A stretch of DNA of 64,000 nt from Eledone cirrhosa (lineage: Eukaryota). Each line of letters begins with the position of its first letter. Position 1 is the first letter of the stretch. The stretch lies in assembly GCA_964016885.1 (NCBI GenBank), contig OZ024741.1:252774001-252838000 (forward strand). Reading direction: 5' to 3'. The position numbers and the translations under genes were made by a program. The notes beneath the pieces are model-generated. The model searched no databases. It saw nothing but the letters and a program-made list of their open reading frames with translations, and was not told where the DNA came from. This document shows, piece by piece, positions 49,275 to 62,343 of this stretch.

Positions 49275-51330
49275 CTAAACATTGCATCTTTCTTGTGTGT
49301 GGATTCTATTTTTTTTTATTTCTATGCTCTCTAATTTACCCCTGTGTTCTATCTTAGCATGTTGGTAGAGCACAGATGATTCTTTACTATCTTGGAGGTC
49401 TCGCCAGTGTTCATTTATTCGTTCCCCTATACTACGAGCTGTCTCACCTATGTACACTATATTTTTGTTTCTACATTGTCCTTCAGTACATCTTATGCTA
49501 TATACTACATTTCTAGTTTTACAGTTAATATGGGGGCTTATTTTACAGGTTATACATTTCTTATCTATACATGAGGGTCTTTGGAACGGGTATGTCTTGC
49601 TAATAAGTGTTTTTACGGAGGTACCAGGTCTTTCTACTATCTTAATATTGAGATTATGTTTCTTTAGGGCCCTTCTAAATTTGTAGGCTAGTTCGCCTCT
49701 AGGGGTTGTATTGATGAACATTACACTCTGGTATTTATTGCTATCATACCATGAGTTTATTCTATTGGCCTTGTTCTTAGTTCTTTCTATTCTATTCCAA
49801 AATTTGCTCCTATACAAGGGGCAGGTCCCATTTATGTCATTATTTACCATTTTTTCCCATTTGGTTCTGGCTCCTTTATACACTCTGATTCTATCTCTCT
49901 GATTGTAGCCAGAGAACTGCATACGGTGGATGAAGTGTTGTATGTGTCTCTCTAGTTCTTCGGGGTTGCACATGCGGGACACATTTCTCATCACCCGTAC
50001 CAAATCCGCAATCAGTATGTTGATTTTGGTATGGTCCGAAATGGCCGAGTTTCGGTGGATCAGATGTTTGGAAGTCATGGGTTTGGCATAATGGGAATGG
50101 AGGATTTGTTTTTGGTTGTTAATAGTATCTAACCAGAGCTCTGTGTCTAGTACAGGTAATCGATGGTTGGGGTGTCTACTTGGGTAGTCTATAGTAACTC
50201 TAATGCTCTGGTGGATGGAGTTTGCTATTTGCTGGATGCTTTCCATTGTGTTTTTCTCTGGTTCCTGACTGTTCTTTAGTGGGGGTGTCTTAACTACGAT
50301 GTTTATATCATCTACGTAGCGGGAGTACATTATCAGGGTTAAGCTGTCTTCTAATTGTTCATTAAGTTTTTGTTTAAGTCTACTGTCCCACCATACCATG
50401 AACAAGTTAGCTATGTCGCCTGCAATGCTAACACCAATGGCTGCTCCTTCCTCTTGGGCATATGTTTTACCATTAAATTTGAACATATGTTCCTTAAGGG
50501 TTAATTTTATGCTGGCCCCTACCGCATGTGCAATCATTTTCTTCAGTTCATCGTGGTTTTCGGGTGTCCGTATGGCTCTGGTCCACCCGTTCCATCTATC
50601 TGTGTGGGTTTTCTTGGCCATTGAGGTAATGGTAGGTGGTCTGCCTCTTGCTGGTCTTGTAGGGCACAGGTTGCTAAGGTCATAAGTGTCTAGGTAACTA
50701 TTACTATGGGTAAGCTTAAGTAGAAGTCCCAGCTCACTGGTATCAATCCCACGGAACTCAACCTTGCTCTCGCTGATCATTTCGACGCATTTCTCCACAG
50801 CAAAATCCACGTCAATAGATGGATACAGGGACACAACATCCATACTGCCTATTATGCAGTTTGTTAGGTCCCCAGATCGGTTACCCGCGCCGATTCTGCT
50901 GAGGAGGTCCTCCGTGCTGTCACACACATCTGGGGACATCTCAATGATGGGGCGTATGATCAGGGAGAGGAAGTAGGACAGTCTGTAGTTACTAGCAATG
51001 TTAGCCCCACAGACTGGCCGTGTTGGTGGTCCCGCGACAGGGTCCCAGCCCGTTTTATGGTCTTTTCGAAGCCCATACAACGCCGGCACGTCATTGTTCC
51101 AGGCCTGGAAGTTGTTGGCAGTCCTTTTGTTGGGCTGCATTATATTTGTCCACATCACCATATGGGCATTGAGGGTTTTTTCTCTATCCTCATGCTCCTG
51201 TGGTGTTACCTCTCTTGTGTTAGTGATGTGGGGTTGCATTGCCTGGATGTAGTTTGGCAGGCTGTCAACCGACATTCTGCCAGACTTGTCTGTTGGAAAG
51301 CATGCTATCTCTCCATTACGCGATATACAT
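49275..51330 (-). CDS. PLE reverse transcriptase + GIY-YIG endonuclease (C-terminus frameshifted)
   Basis: TDKSG, RKDHK, TRPV, SMDVVSLYPSI, GAAIG, RYVDD, LPVLD, CIDKKCITC and NVVY..C...YIGET.R motifs. The first ~33 aa of the track ORF come from an adjacent cassette. Confidence 0.9.
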
Positions 51331-51344
51331 TTATGTATATATAG

Positions 51345-51495
51345 GAAAAGAGTCAGGACCCCGACAGCTGAGCTCCAGCCGTTTTGACAGCTAGATCTGT
51401 TGGGGTCCTGACTTTTCCTATCACCCACTCTACTACCCTAAGTATCGAGTACTCTGGTGCGTTATGGTCCACCTGGTATCTTACCACACCTTCTT
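51345..51495. mobile_element. Family H-related hairpin cassette
   Basis: Diverged match to 44835-44955 with a short inverted arm (ggaaaagagtcaggacccc / ggggtcctgacttttcc). Confidence 0.7.
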
Positions 51496-52249
51496 TGTTA
51501 TTATATATATGTATGCATGCGTGTATAAACAAGAGATTTTGTAATAAACATAAACTCAATTTATTTATGCATGCAAAATATGAGGAAAATTGACAAACTG
51601 CCTACAGGAAACAAACGAACCACACACACACACACACACACACACGCATACACACACACACATACTCACACATACACACGCATACACACACATCTACATA
51701 CACCAATGTACATGTGTGTATGTATATGTGTGAAATATCCTTCAAAATGTCTTTGGATTGTTGTTATATGTTGTTATATTGTTGTTATATGTGGTCATTT
51801 GACCAGCTAGAAATAACAGTCAAATGTCCTTTAAATTGTAGTCACCTGATGCCTAGACATTTGAAATATGTGGTAACTTAACTAACTAGAAATAGCAATT
51901 AAATGCCATTCAAATTGTGGTCAGTTGAAATATGTGATCTCTTAAATAACTAGAAATAGCAACCAAGTGTTCCCTCAAAGTGAAGTCACTTGTAGACATT
52001 ACTGTTGTAAGATAGGGAAATTATTTTTAAAATGAAAAAAAAAAAAAAAATCTAACTAGAAATATTTATGTGGTGTGGAAAAGACAATATTAGCTCACTG
52101 ACAAATAATTTAATGCATCCAGAGTTGTGTCCCTTAGATCCTGAAATTATGAAAACGATATTCCTAACTGAAGTAAAATATGGAGAGAAGTGTTTTTATA
52201 AATTGTATGTTTTATGTTTAATAAATATATATCTGTTGGTGCCACACAA

Positions 52250-54962
52250 TAACCCAGTTCACCATATAATGTTCTAGTGATGGTGCCACAATAAAATGTT
52301 CCCAATACATACTGTAAGGTGTAAGTACTGATGGCACAATAAAATACTCCCAGTACATCCTGTAAAGTATAAGTACTGATGTCACAATAAAATACTCCTA
52401 GTATATCCTGTAAGGTGTAAGTACTGATGTCACAATAAAATACTCCCAGTACATCCTGTAAAGTATAAGTACTGATGTCACAATAAAATACTCCCAGTAC
52501 ATGCTGTAAGGTGTAAGTACTGATGTCACAATAAAATACTCCTAGTATATCCTGTAAGGTGTAAGTACTGATGTCACAATAAAATACTCCCAGTACATCC
52601 TGTAAAGTATAAGTACTGATGTCACAATAAAATACTCCTAGTATATCCTGTAAGGTGTAAGTACTGATGTCACAATAAAATACTCCCAGTATATCCTGTA
52701 AGGTGTAAGTACTGATGTCACAATAAAATACTCCCAGTATATCCTGTAAAGTATAAGTACTGATGTCACAATAAAATACTCCTAGTATATCCTGTAAGGT
52801 GTAAGTACTGATGTCACAATAAAATACTCCCAGTACATCCTGTAAGGTGTAAGTACTGATGTCACAATAAAATACTCCCAGTATATCCTGTAAGGTGTAA
52901 GTACTGATGTCACAATAAAATACTCCTAGTATATCCTGTAAGGTGTAAGTACTGATGTCACAATAAAATACTCCCAGTATATCCTGTAAGGTATAAGTAC
53001 AGATGTCACAATAAAATACTCCCAGTACATGCTGTAAGGTATAAGTACTGATGTCACAATAAAATACTCCCAGTATATCCTGTAAGGTGTAAGTACTGAT
53101 GTCACAATAAAATACTCCCAGTACATCCTGTAAGGTGTAAGTACTGATGTCACAATAAAATACTCCCAGTATATCCTGTAAGGTGTAAGTACTGATGTCA
53201 CAATAAAATACTCCCAGTACATCCTGTAAAGTATAAGTACTGATGTCACAATAAAATACTCCCAGTACATCCTGTAAGGTGTAAGTACTGATGTCACAAT
53301 AAAATACTCCCAGTACATGCTGTAAGGTGTAAGTACTGATGTCACAATAAAATACTCCCAGTACATCCTGTAAGGTGTAAGTACTGGTGTCACAATAAAA
53401 TACTCCCAGTATATCCTGTAAGGTGTAAGTACTGGTGGCACAATAAAATACTCCCAGTATATCCTGTAAAGTATAAGTACTGATGTCACAATAAAATACT
53501 CCCAGTACATCCTGTAAGGTGTAAGTACTGGTGTCACAATAAAATACTCCCAGTACATCCTGTAAGGTGTAAGTACTGATGTCACAATAAAATACTCCCA
53601 GTACATCCTGTAAGGTGTAAGTACTGATGTCACAATAAAATACTCCCAGTACATCCTGTAAGGTGTAAGTACTGATGTCACAATAAAATACTCCCAGAAC
53701 ATGCTGTAAGGTGTAAGTACTGATGTCACAATAAAATACTCCCAGTACATCCTGTAAGGTGTAAGTACTGATGTCACAATAAAATACTCCCAGTACATCC
53801 TGTAAGGTGTAAGTACTGATGTCACAATAAAATACTCCCAGTATATCCTGTAAGGTGTAAGTACTGATGTCACAATAAAATACTCCCAGTACATGCTGTA
53901 AGGTGTAAGTACTGATGTCACAATAAAATACTCCCAGTACATCCTGTAAGGTGTAAGTACTGGTGTCACAATAAAATACTCCCAGTACATCCTGTAAAGT
54001 ATAAGTACTGATGTCACAATAAAATACTCCCAGTACATCCTGTAAGGTGTAAGTACTGGTGGCACAATAAAATACTCCCAGTATATCCTGTAAAGTATAA
54101 GTACTGATGGCACAATAAAATACTCCCAGTATATCCTGTAAGGTGTAAGTACTGATGTCACAATAAAATACTCCCAGTACATCCTGTAAGGTGTAAGTAC
54201 TGATGTCACAATAAAATACTCCCAGTACATCCTGTAAGGTGTAAGTACTGGTGTCACAATAAAATACTCCCAGTATATCCTGTAAGGTGTAAGTACTGGT
54301 GGCACAATAAAATACTCCCAGTATATCCTGTAAAGTATAAGTACTGATGTCACAATAAAATACTCCCAGTACATCCTGTAAGGTGTAAGTACTGGTGTCA
54401 CAATAAAATACTCCCAGTATATCCTGTAAAGTATAAGTACTGATGTCACAATAAAATACTCCCAGTACATCCTGTAAGGTGTAAGTACTGGTGTCACAAT
54501 AAAATACTCCCAGTATATCCTGTAAGGTATAAGTACTGGTGTCACAATAAAATACTCCCAGTACATCCTGTAAGGTGTAAGTACTGATGTCACAATAAAA
54601 TACTCCCAGTACATGCTGTAAGGTGTAAGTACTGATGTCACAATAAAATACTCCCAGTACATCCTGTAAGGTGTAAGTACTGGTGTCACAATAAAATACT
54701 CCCAGTATATCCTGTAAGGTGTAAGTACTGATGGCACAATAAAATACTCCCAGTACATCCTGTAAGGTGTAAGTACTGGTGTCACAATAAAATACTCCCA
54801 GTACATGTTGTAAAGTGGTAGAACTAGTGACATGACAATAAGCTCCCTGTCCACCCTATAAGGTGCCACAATAAGGTGCCACAATAAGGTGCCACAATAA
54901 AATACTCCCAGTCAACCCTATAAGATGGTAGCACTGATGCCACATTAAAATACTCCCAGTAT
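52250..54962. repeat. 48-bp tandem satellite, roughly 55 units
   Basis: Unit gtcacaataaaatactcccagtacatcctgtaaggtgtaagtactgat; homogeneous core with degenerate edges. Confidence 0.97.
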
Positions 54963-55094
54963 ATTCAAAATCAGTCATTTGTTGTAAGAGAGTGTTTTGT
55001 GTGGCCACATGAGTTGCTAGAAATAACAGCCAAATCTCCCTTAAACCTGAGACCAAAACTTCTAATATAATAAAGCTAATTGAGACTATAAATC

Positions 55095-55468
55095 ATCATT
55101 TTATCATCATTTTATGTCTGCAATGGTGGGATGGGAACTGATTCTGGCTTGATTTCTACAGCTGGATGCCCTTCCTAACACCAACCTCATTTACAGTGAG
55201 TGCTGGGTGCTTTTTTTTCCGTGGTGCCTACACGTCCACTTTACAGTGTGGGCTGGGTGCTTTTTTGCCATGGCACCTCCACAACCACTTTGCAGTGGAA
55301 TGATAGGGACCCCAGTCCTATCATCTCATTTCTACAGCTGAGTAAACTGGAGCAATGGGAAATAAAGTGTCTTGCTCAAGGAAACAACACATCACCTGGT
55401 CTGAGAATTGAACTCACAACCTTTGGATTGCAAGCCCAATGTTCTAACCACTAAGCTATGCGCCTCCA
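55095..55468 (-). mobile_element. SINE family 2: tRNA head + CORE-like domain + RTE-derived tail
   Basis: Reverse complement has A box tagcttagtgg, B box gagttcaattc and ccttgagcaagacactt. The 3' part matches the RTE UTR at 47200-47345. Second copy at 61890-62237. Confidence 0.75.
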
Positions 55469-55544
55469 TAAATCTGTATATAAATTTACATATTTTTAGT
55501 ATATAAATGTGTAAACATTCTAAATATATATGCCTTTCTCTGTA

Positions 55545-56170
55545 AATTGGGCTAATGGTTTCTGGTTTAGGCACAAGACCAACAATTTCGGGAGGAGAAG
55601 GAAATCGATTACACTGACCCCAGTGTGTTACTGGTATTGTATTTCATCAACCTTATAATGATGAAAAACAAAGCTGACCTAGGCCGGATTTGAAATCACT
55701 ACATGCCACGAAGCATGTTGACTGATGTTCTACTAATCCTTATTTCTACTTTTGGCACAAGGCCAGCAATTATCCCAGTGCATTACTGGTACTTTATTTT
55801 ATCAACCCTGTAAGGATGAAAGGCAAAGTTAACCTCAGCGGGATTTGAACTCAGACCGTAAAGGGCCGTAACACTATGCTGCAAAGCAAGGCGTCTGACC
55901 CTCTACCCATACTGCCAATCCACCACCCTCAGTAAATTAAAATAATAATTCTTTCTACTTTTGGTACAAGGCCAACAATTTTGGAGGGGAAGGGGAAAAT
56001 TGATTAAATCAACCCTAGTGTGTTAATGGGACTTTATTTTAGCGACCCCCGAAAAGATGAAAGGCAAAGCTAACCTTGATGGGATTTGAACTTAGAATGT
56101 AAGGGGACATAACTCTGTGTCACGAAGCGTGTTGTCTGATGCTCTACCAATACTGCCAATCCACTGGCCT
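55545..56170 (-). mobile_element. Three tandem SINE family 1-related copies
   Basis: Copies at ~55545-55735, 55742-55925 and 55950-56165. Confidence 0.75.
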
Positions 56171-56379
56171 CTGTAAATTAAAATAATAAAGACATTTAAT
56201 CAATCATACGATCTAGTTGAGTCTTCATCAAAAGGCATGTATATCATCCAAGCCACCAAAAGGAATTATATAATTGTGGTGCATATAAACCTTATCACTT
56301 CTAGTAGTATTCTGAAACGGATGTTCTAATTTGCATATTATTAGTACTCCTATTGGTAATTAATCAAGATATATATTAA

Positions 56380-56690
56380 GTTGTGAGTCTCAGTGATTTG
56401 AGGTCAGCTCTCACAACTTCTGCCCAAGTCTTTCTTGATCTACCTCTACCACAGCTTCCTTCCACAGGCATTTCCTGACACTTCTTCCACCAACGATCCT
56501 TGTCCATACACATCCCTTGTCTAAACCAATGCAGTCTTCTTTCATGAGCACTCACCGCTTCAGATTCCTTTTAAACCCAGCTTCTCCCTCAACTCATCCA
56601 AGCTCTGCCTTTCTCTCACACTTACATCACACATCCAACGGCAAATGGTTGCTTCATTTCTCACCAGTCTACATGTGTCTTCTGCACTCA
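56380..56690 (-). mobile_element. Old RTE C-terminal fragment
   Basis: Reverse complement encodes a degraded RRLHW...DKD.WWKKC...EGSCGRGRSRKTW segment. Confidence 0.55.
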
Positions 56691-56804
56691 CAGCATATAA
56701 ATATATAAAGAAAGGAAATATATTTGGAGCATGGTGAATAAAGTTTTAGAATTGAAATTGAAATAGAAACCTTGCTGTAACATTGACTAAATAAAATAGT
56801 CTAA

Positions 56805-56975
56805 TAATTGTTTCTACTTTAGGCACAAGGCCAGCAATCACCCAGTGCATTACTGGTACTTTATTTTATCGACCCCGTAAGGATGAAAGGCAAAGTCAAC
56901 CTCGGCGGGATTTGAACTCAGACTGTAAAGGGACGTAACTATGCTAGAAAGCATGGCGTCCAACCCTCTACCGAA
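56805..56975 (-). mobile_element. SINE family 1
   Basis: Consensus match. Confidence 0.8.
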
Positions 56976-57019
56976 TGAGGCATATAAACCCTCTGAATGG
57001 AAAAAGATATATATATATA

Positions 57020-57470
57020 TATTAGAAAATGAGGTTTTTTTCCAAATTGAAAAAAAAAACGAGATGTCCTACACGAGTGAAAGTATAAGGAAAAAAGGTG
57101 AAATCTAAAATGCAACTGGAGTCTTTTTAAGAATATTTATTTGGTTCCTTTACCGGTTTCGCAGTTCTTATGCTTTTCAAAAGTAGAATTGAGATGGAGG
57201 GTTTGTGGTTTTTCTCGCATATATATATATAAGCAAGTTTGTTTTGAAATAGTGAGCGAGTTTGAAAATAGAAATAGGAGCTTTTTGTCATATTTTTGAC
57301 TAAAGAAATGTTAGTGATAGTGGGGTTTAGAACCCTCTAAGAAATGGAAAAAGATGACGTACATGTACATCAATAATCATCTTTTTCCATTTCTTAGAGG
57401 GTTCTAAATCCCACTATCAGGCTAAAATCTCTTTAATCAAAAATACAGTGAAAGCTTTTATTTCTATTTA
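57020..57470. mobile_element. Family L cassette with a U3-A8 hammerhead (57148-57183, minus) and inverted repeat 57265-57350 / 57376-57470
   Basis: Reverse complement reads ctt-TTGAAAA-gca(taagaac)tgc-GAA-ACCGGT-A-aag; related to 17560-17720. Confidence 0.7.
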
Positions 57471-57489
57471 TATATATATATATATATAT

Positions 57490-57696
57490 AATCATCATCA
57501 TCATCACCAGTTTACATCCATTCTTATTCTTCCATGCTAGCATGGGTTAGACGAGTTGTCCTGTTGTGGGTAATGCCAGGTCAGGTGACCATGTCTTTCT
57601 CATACAGGACTGATTTTAGCTTGATTTCTGCGGCTGAATGCCTTTCCTAACACCAACCTCATTTACAGTGAGTACTGGGTGCTTTTTATCATGGTG

Positions 57697-57700
<4 letters not shown>
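57490..57700 (-). mobile_element. RTE 3' UTR fragment
   Basis: Matches 33581-33790. Confidence 0.8.
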
Positions 57701-57728
<28 letters not shown>

Positions 57729-57732
<4 letters not shown>

Positions 57733-58634
57733 GTGCGGACAATATCTGTTCACAAGATTACTGTCTATGAAAAAATAAGACAGTAGTTTTATTTTTTAAG
57801 ATTTATTTATCAAACTTGGGTCAGTTTGTCTTCATGACTTGTTCTTTCGATCTCACTCGATAAACCAGCCATTGACTTTGATGACGGCCTCAAGGCGGCC
57901 TTGGAACCGGCTACAGGCCTTCGTCACTGTCTCCCGACTTTAATAGTGGACAAGTATTTTATTCATCCACCTGTGATCCTGGCCTTCAGATCGTCTTTCG
58001 TATTGCAGCTAGATTTGTTGGTGTCTCGTTCCACTGCGCTCCACACAAAGAAGTCGAGGGGATTGCAGTCAGGCGAGCTGGGAGGCCAGATGTCAGGTGA
58101 AGTGTGGTCGACGAAGTTCTCTGACAGCCAGGCTTGGGTCTTTCGGCTGGTATGGCAGGGCACTGAGTCTTGCTGCCACACGTACGGCCTACCGGCAGCT
58201 ACCTGGTGGATCCAGGGCTTTACTACCTCGCTCTGAACGCGGATGTAGCCATCGGTGTTCAGCTTGAGGCCCTCAGGGAAGAAGTGAGGTGGCATGACAT
58301 CACCTTGACTGCTGACGACACCTAAGACCAATGTTGTTGCTGGAAACTTTGTCTGCATCACTCTGGGCACGTCTTTGGATGAGACAGCAAGCCACCTGTT
58401 GTTCTGGGAGTTGATCTTCTGGTCTTATTTGTCCTTCCGGCGCGGATTCCAAGAAGGACTCCGTGTCTCTTCCACAAATTTGGAGGTTCAAAATTATTCA
58501 TAATCAATTATTCTGAAAATAAATGATGGAAATATAGTCACTGTTTTTATGAAGACAAGAGTGACAATGGAAGTAAAAAAAATTTGCATAAAATTAGCAG
58601 TTGAAAATTGCGAACAAATATCATCCGCACCCTG
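57729..58634 (-). mobile_element. Tc1/mariner DD37D (maT-type) transposon, internally deleted
   Basis: TIRs cagagtgcggacaatatctgttcacaa and ttgcgaacaaatatcatccgcaccctg flanked by TA. ORF 57963-58370 has WQQD-x37-D (WPPSSPDCNPLD). Confidence 0.88.
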
Positions 58635-58989
58635 TACATATATATATATATATTATAAAATTAACGAAGATCGCTGGTATTAATTCACCGGTCTCCGGCC
58701 AGAGTCTAGCTCACTCAATGAATTTGCCAAATTGCAGTAAGGCAGTTGCAATCAGCTGTTTAGAGTGCAGACATTTAGTTAATAGCAGGTATGGTAGCAG
58801 AGTTTAGGTAGAGAGAAAGGTAAGATTCTCATCCCCAGAATAGAGGTAACTGAGACTGCATAAATGTGAATTGAAATTTACACATTTCTACTATATTGAC
58901 CTGTAAACATGCCAAATATAGGTATTTCCCTGTAAATTGGAAAAAAATGTTAAACAACTTTAATTGATTTTTGAACATATTATTTGGAT

Positions 58990-59177
58990 GGTGGATTGGC
59001 AGTATTGGTAGAGGGTCGGACGCCATGTTTTCCAGCATAGTTACGTCCCTTTACGATCTGAGTTCAAATCCCACCGAGGTTGACTTTGCCTTTCATCCTT
59101 ACAGGCTCGATAAAATAAAGTACCAGTAATGCACTGGGTAATTGCTGGCCTTGTGCCTAAAGTAGAAACAATTATTT
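58990..59177 (+). mobile_element. SINE family 1, full length
   Basis: A and B boxes, Meta-like centre and tail. Confidence 0.85.
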
Positions 59178-59304
59178 GAATGATAAATACACAACTTATG
59201 ATGAAGGGGCCAACTTATAGGTTAATTATATAAAGTTGATCAAACAACTGGAGCATTGATTGTTGAATCTGGCAGAGGTCTATACCATTCCATCATGCTA
59301 GAAC

Positions 59305-60488
59305 ACTCTCATCATCATCATCATAAATATCATGATCATTTTCATCATCATCATCATCAGCATCGTCATCATCATTACCATCATTATCATCAGCATCACT
59401 ATCATCAGTGTCTTCATCATAACTGTGGTCTTTGTCATCGTTGTCCTAGTCATCGTCATCTTCATCATCATTGTTATCATCTGTTTCATCTGTTTCATCT
59501 GTTTCATCATCGTCTTCATCGGATGTGGTGTGGTGGTGTGGTGGTGGTGTGGTGGTGTTGTGGTGTGGTGGTGTTGTGGTGTGGTGGTGTGGTATTGTGG
59601 TGGTGTGGTGTGGTGTGGTGGTGAGGTGGTGTGGTGGTGTGGTGTGGTGGTGTGGTGGTGTGGTGATGTGGTGGTGGTATGGTAGTGTGGTGATGTGGTG
59701 GTGGTGTGGTGGTGTGGTGGTGGTGTGGTGGTGTGGTGGTGTGGTGGTGTGGTGGTGTGGTGGTGTTGTAGTGTGGTGGTGTGGTAGTGTGGTGGTGTGG
59801 TAGTGTGGTGATGTGGTGGTGGTGTGGTAGTGTAGTGGTGTGGTGGTGGTGTGGTGGTGTGGTGGTGTGGTGGTGTTGTAGTGTGGTGGTGTGGTGGTGT
59901 GGTAGTGTGGAGATGTGGTGGTGGTGTGGTAGTGTGGTAGTGTGGTGGTGGTGTGGTGGTGTGGTGGTGTTGTAGTGTGATGGTGTGGTAGTGTGGTGGT
60001 GTGGTAGTGTGGTAGTGCGGTAGTGTGGTGGTGTGGTGGTGTTGTAGTGTGGTGGTGTGGTGGTGTTGTAGTGTGGTGGTGTGGTAGTATGGTAGTGTGG
60101 TAATGTGGTAGTGTGGTAGTGTGGTGGTGTGGTGGTGTTGTAGTGTGGTGGTGTGGTGGTGCTGTAGTGTGGTGGTGTGGTGGTGTTGTAGTGTGGTGGT
60201 GTGGTAGTGTGGTAGTGTGGTAGTGTGGTAGTGTGGTAGTGTGGTGGTAGTGTGGTGGTGTGGTAGTGTGATGGTAGTGTGGTGGTAGTGTGGTGGTAGT
60301 GTGGTGTGGTGCCAGGAAAGATGTAGGATGTAAGGAGTCTTAGTTAAAATGACAAAAAAGCCCAGTTGGTAGGGGGGGGGAGTGAAGGTAGAAGGTGTTA
60401 TGATGATGATGATGGTTATGCTGGCCGTAGTGGTATTGTGGTGGTTGTAATAGTAGTAGCAGTAGTAGTAGTAGTAGTAGTAGCAGCG

Positions 60489-60524
<36 letters not shown>

Positions 60525-60854
60525 GTAATAGTGGTGGTGGTGGTGGTAGTAACAAATGATAGTGATGATGATGATGATAATAGTAATGATGATGATGTTG
60601 ATGGTTATGGTGATGTTGGTGATAGTGGTTGTTGTGGCAGTAGTAGTAGTGGTATTGGTGGCGGTGGTGTAGCAGTGGTGGTGATGGTGGTGGTAGTAGT
60701 AGTAGTAGCAGTTGTAGTAGTGGTAGTGGCAATAATAGTAGCAATGGTGGTGGTGGTGGCGGCAGTAGTAGTGGTGGTGGTGGTGGTAGTAGTAGTGGTG
60801 GTAGTAGTAGTAGTGTTGGTGGTGGTAGTAATAGTGGTGGTAGTTGTAGCAGTG

Positions 60855-60909
<55 letters not shown>

Positions 60910-60923
60910 CAGCGGCAGCGGTG

Positions 60924-60976
<53 letters not shown>

Positions 60977-61274
60977 GGTCGTGCTAGTAACAAATGATGG
61001 TGATGATGATGATGTTGATGGTTATGGTGATGTTGGTGATAGTGGTTGTTGTGGCAGTAGTAGTAGTGGTATTGGTGGCGGTGGTGTAGCAGTGGTGGTG
61101 ATGGTGGTGGTAGTAGTAGTTGTAGCAGTTGTAGTAGTGGTAGTGGCAATAGTAGTAGCAATTGTGGTGGTGGCGGCGGCAGTAGTAGTGATGGTGGTGG
61201 TGGTGGTAGTAGTAGTGGTGGTAGTAGTAGTAGTGTTGGTGGTGGTGGTGGTGGTGGTGGTAGTTGTAGCAGTG

Positions 61275-61312
<38 letters not shown>

Positions 61313-61461
61313 AGTAGTGGTAGTAGTAGTAGTAGTGGTGGTGGTGGTAGTGGTTGTAGTTGTAGCAGTGGTAGTAGTAGTAGTAGTAGTAGTAGTAGTA
61401 ATAGTAGTAGTAGTAGTTGTAGTAGTAGTGGTAGTAGTAGTAGTAATAGTAGTAGTAGTAA

Positions 61462-61495
<34 letters not shown>

Positions 61496-61523
61496 TGTAG
61501 TAGTAGTGGTAGTAGTAGTAGTG

Positions 61524-61560
<37 letters not shown>

Positions 61561-61583
61561 TAGTAGTAGTAGTAGTAGTAGTA
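59305..61583. repeat. Trinucleotide-type low-complexity block: (CAT)n, (GTG/GTGTG)n and (GTA/GTG)n
   Basis: Direct inspection; internal ~400-bp duplication (60545-60900 versus 60985-61300). Confidence 0.9.
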
Positions 61584-61836
61584 AAGTCTAGACCAATTGG
61601 TCAAACAGACACCAACCTCTGTGAGGTCAGAGACTGTTATGTGGACTGTTGCCAAGGTAACATCAGTGAAGCCACTAACAAGCTCTGCTGCGCATCACAT
61701 GTACACATGATGCACCGCAATAGAAACAACTACAACTAGCATTACTACTGGTATAGTATATATATATGTATATGTATATATGTGTGTGTGTGTGCATACA
61801 CACAATCACACTCGCATATATATATATGTCTGTATG

Positions 61837-61867
<31 letters not shown>

Positions 61868-61889
61868 GTGTATGTATATATATATATGT

Positions 61890-62237
61890 ATCATTTCATC
61901 ATTTCATTTCATTTTACGTCCGCTTTTTCCCTGCTTGCAAGGGTGGGACGGGAACTGATTCTGGCTTGATTTCTACAGCTGGATGCCCTTCCTAACACCA
62001 ACCTCATTTACAGTGAGTGCTGGGTGGTTTTATGCCGTGGCACCTCCACGACCACTTTGCAGTGGAATGATAGGGACCCCAATCCCTATCATCTCATTTC
62101 TACAGCTGAGTAAACTGGAGCAATGTGAAATAAAGTGTCTTGCTCAAGGAAACAACACATCACCCGGTCTGAGAATTGAACTCACAACCTTTCGATTGCA
62201 AGGCCAATGCTCTAACCACTAAGCCATGTGCCTCCAT
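61890..62237 (-). mobile_element. SINE family 2 copy
   Basis: Matches 55130-55468. Confidence 0.78.
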
Positions 62238-62238
62238 G

Positions 62239-62343
<105 letters not shown>

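Larger units (their letters stand above)
48850..51330 (-). mobile_element. Penelope-like element (Neptune-type Cx4CxxC linker), 5' truncated
   Basis: RT + GIY-YIG ORF, 3' UTR and a terminal HHR next to a TA tract. Clade assignment is by linker motif only. Confidence 0.88.

Noticed and set aside
51331-51428. N-terminus of the 717-aa PLE ORF
   Set aside because: It reads through an adjacent family H cassette and TA tract and is not PLE protein.
52926-54884. 652-aa ORF of 16-aa repeats, and a CRISPR-like appearance of the array
   Set aside because: The ORF is a by-product of a 48-bp (multiple of 3) satellite, and stop codons appear in other units. There are no unique spacers or cas genes, and the context is eukaryotic.
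55395-55468. tRNA gene (also 62165-62237 and 18950-19015)
   Set aside because: These are tRNA-like heads joined to SINE or repeat bodies, with no convincing full cloverleaf.
59221-59300. Cadherin-like peptide YKVDQTTGALIV as a host exon
   Set aside because: Too short, with no consistent splice sites or supporting neighbouring exons.
59256-61739. Poly-Val, His, Tyr, Leu and Trp ORFs
   Set aside because: They are translations of trinucleotide microsatellites.
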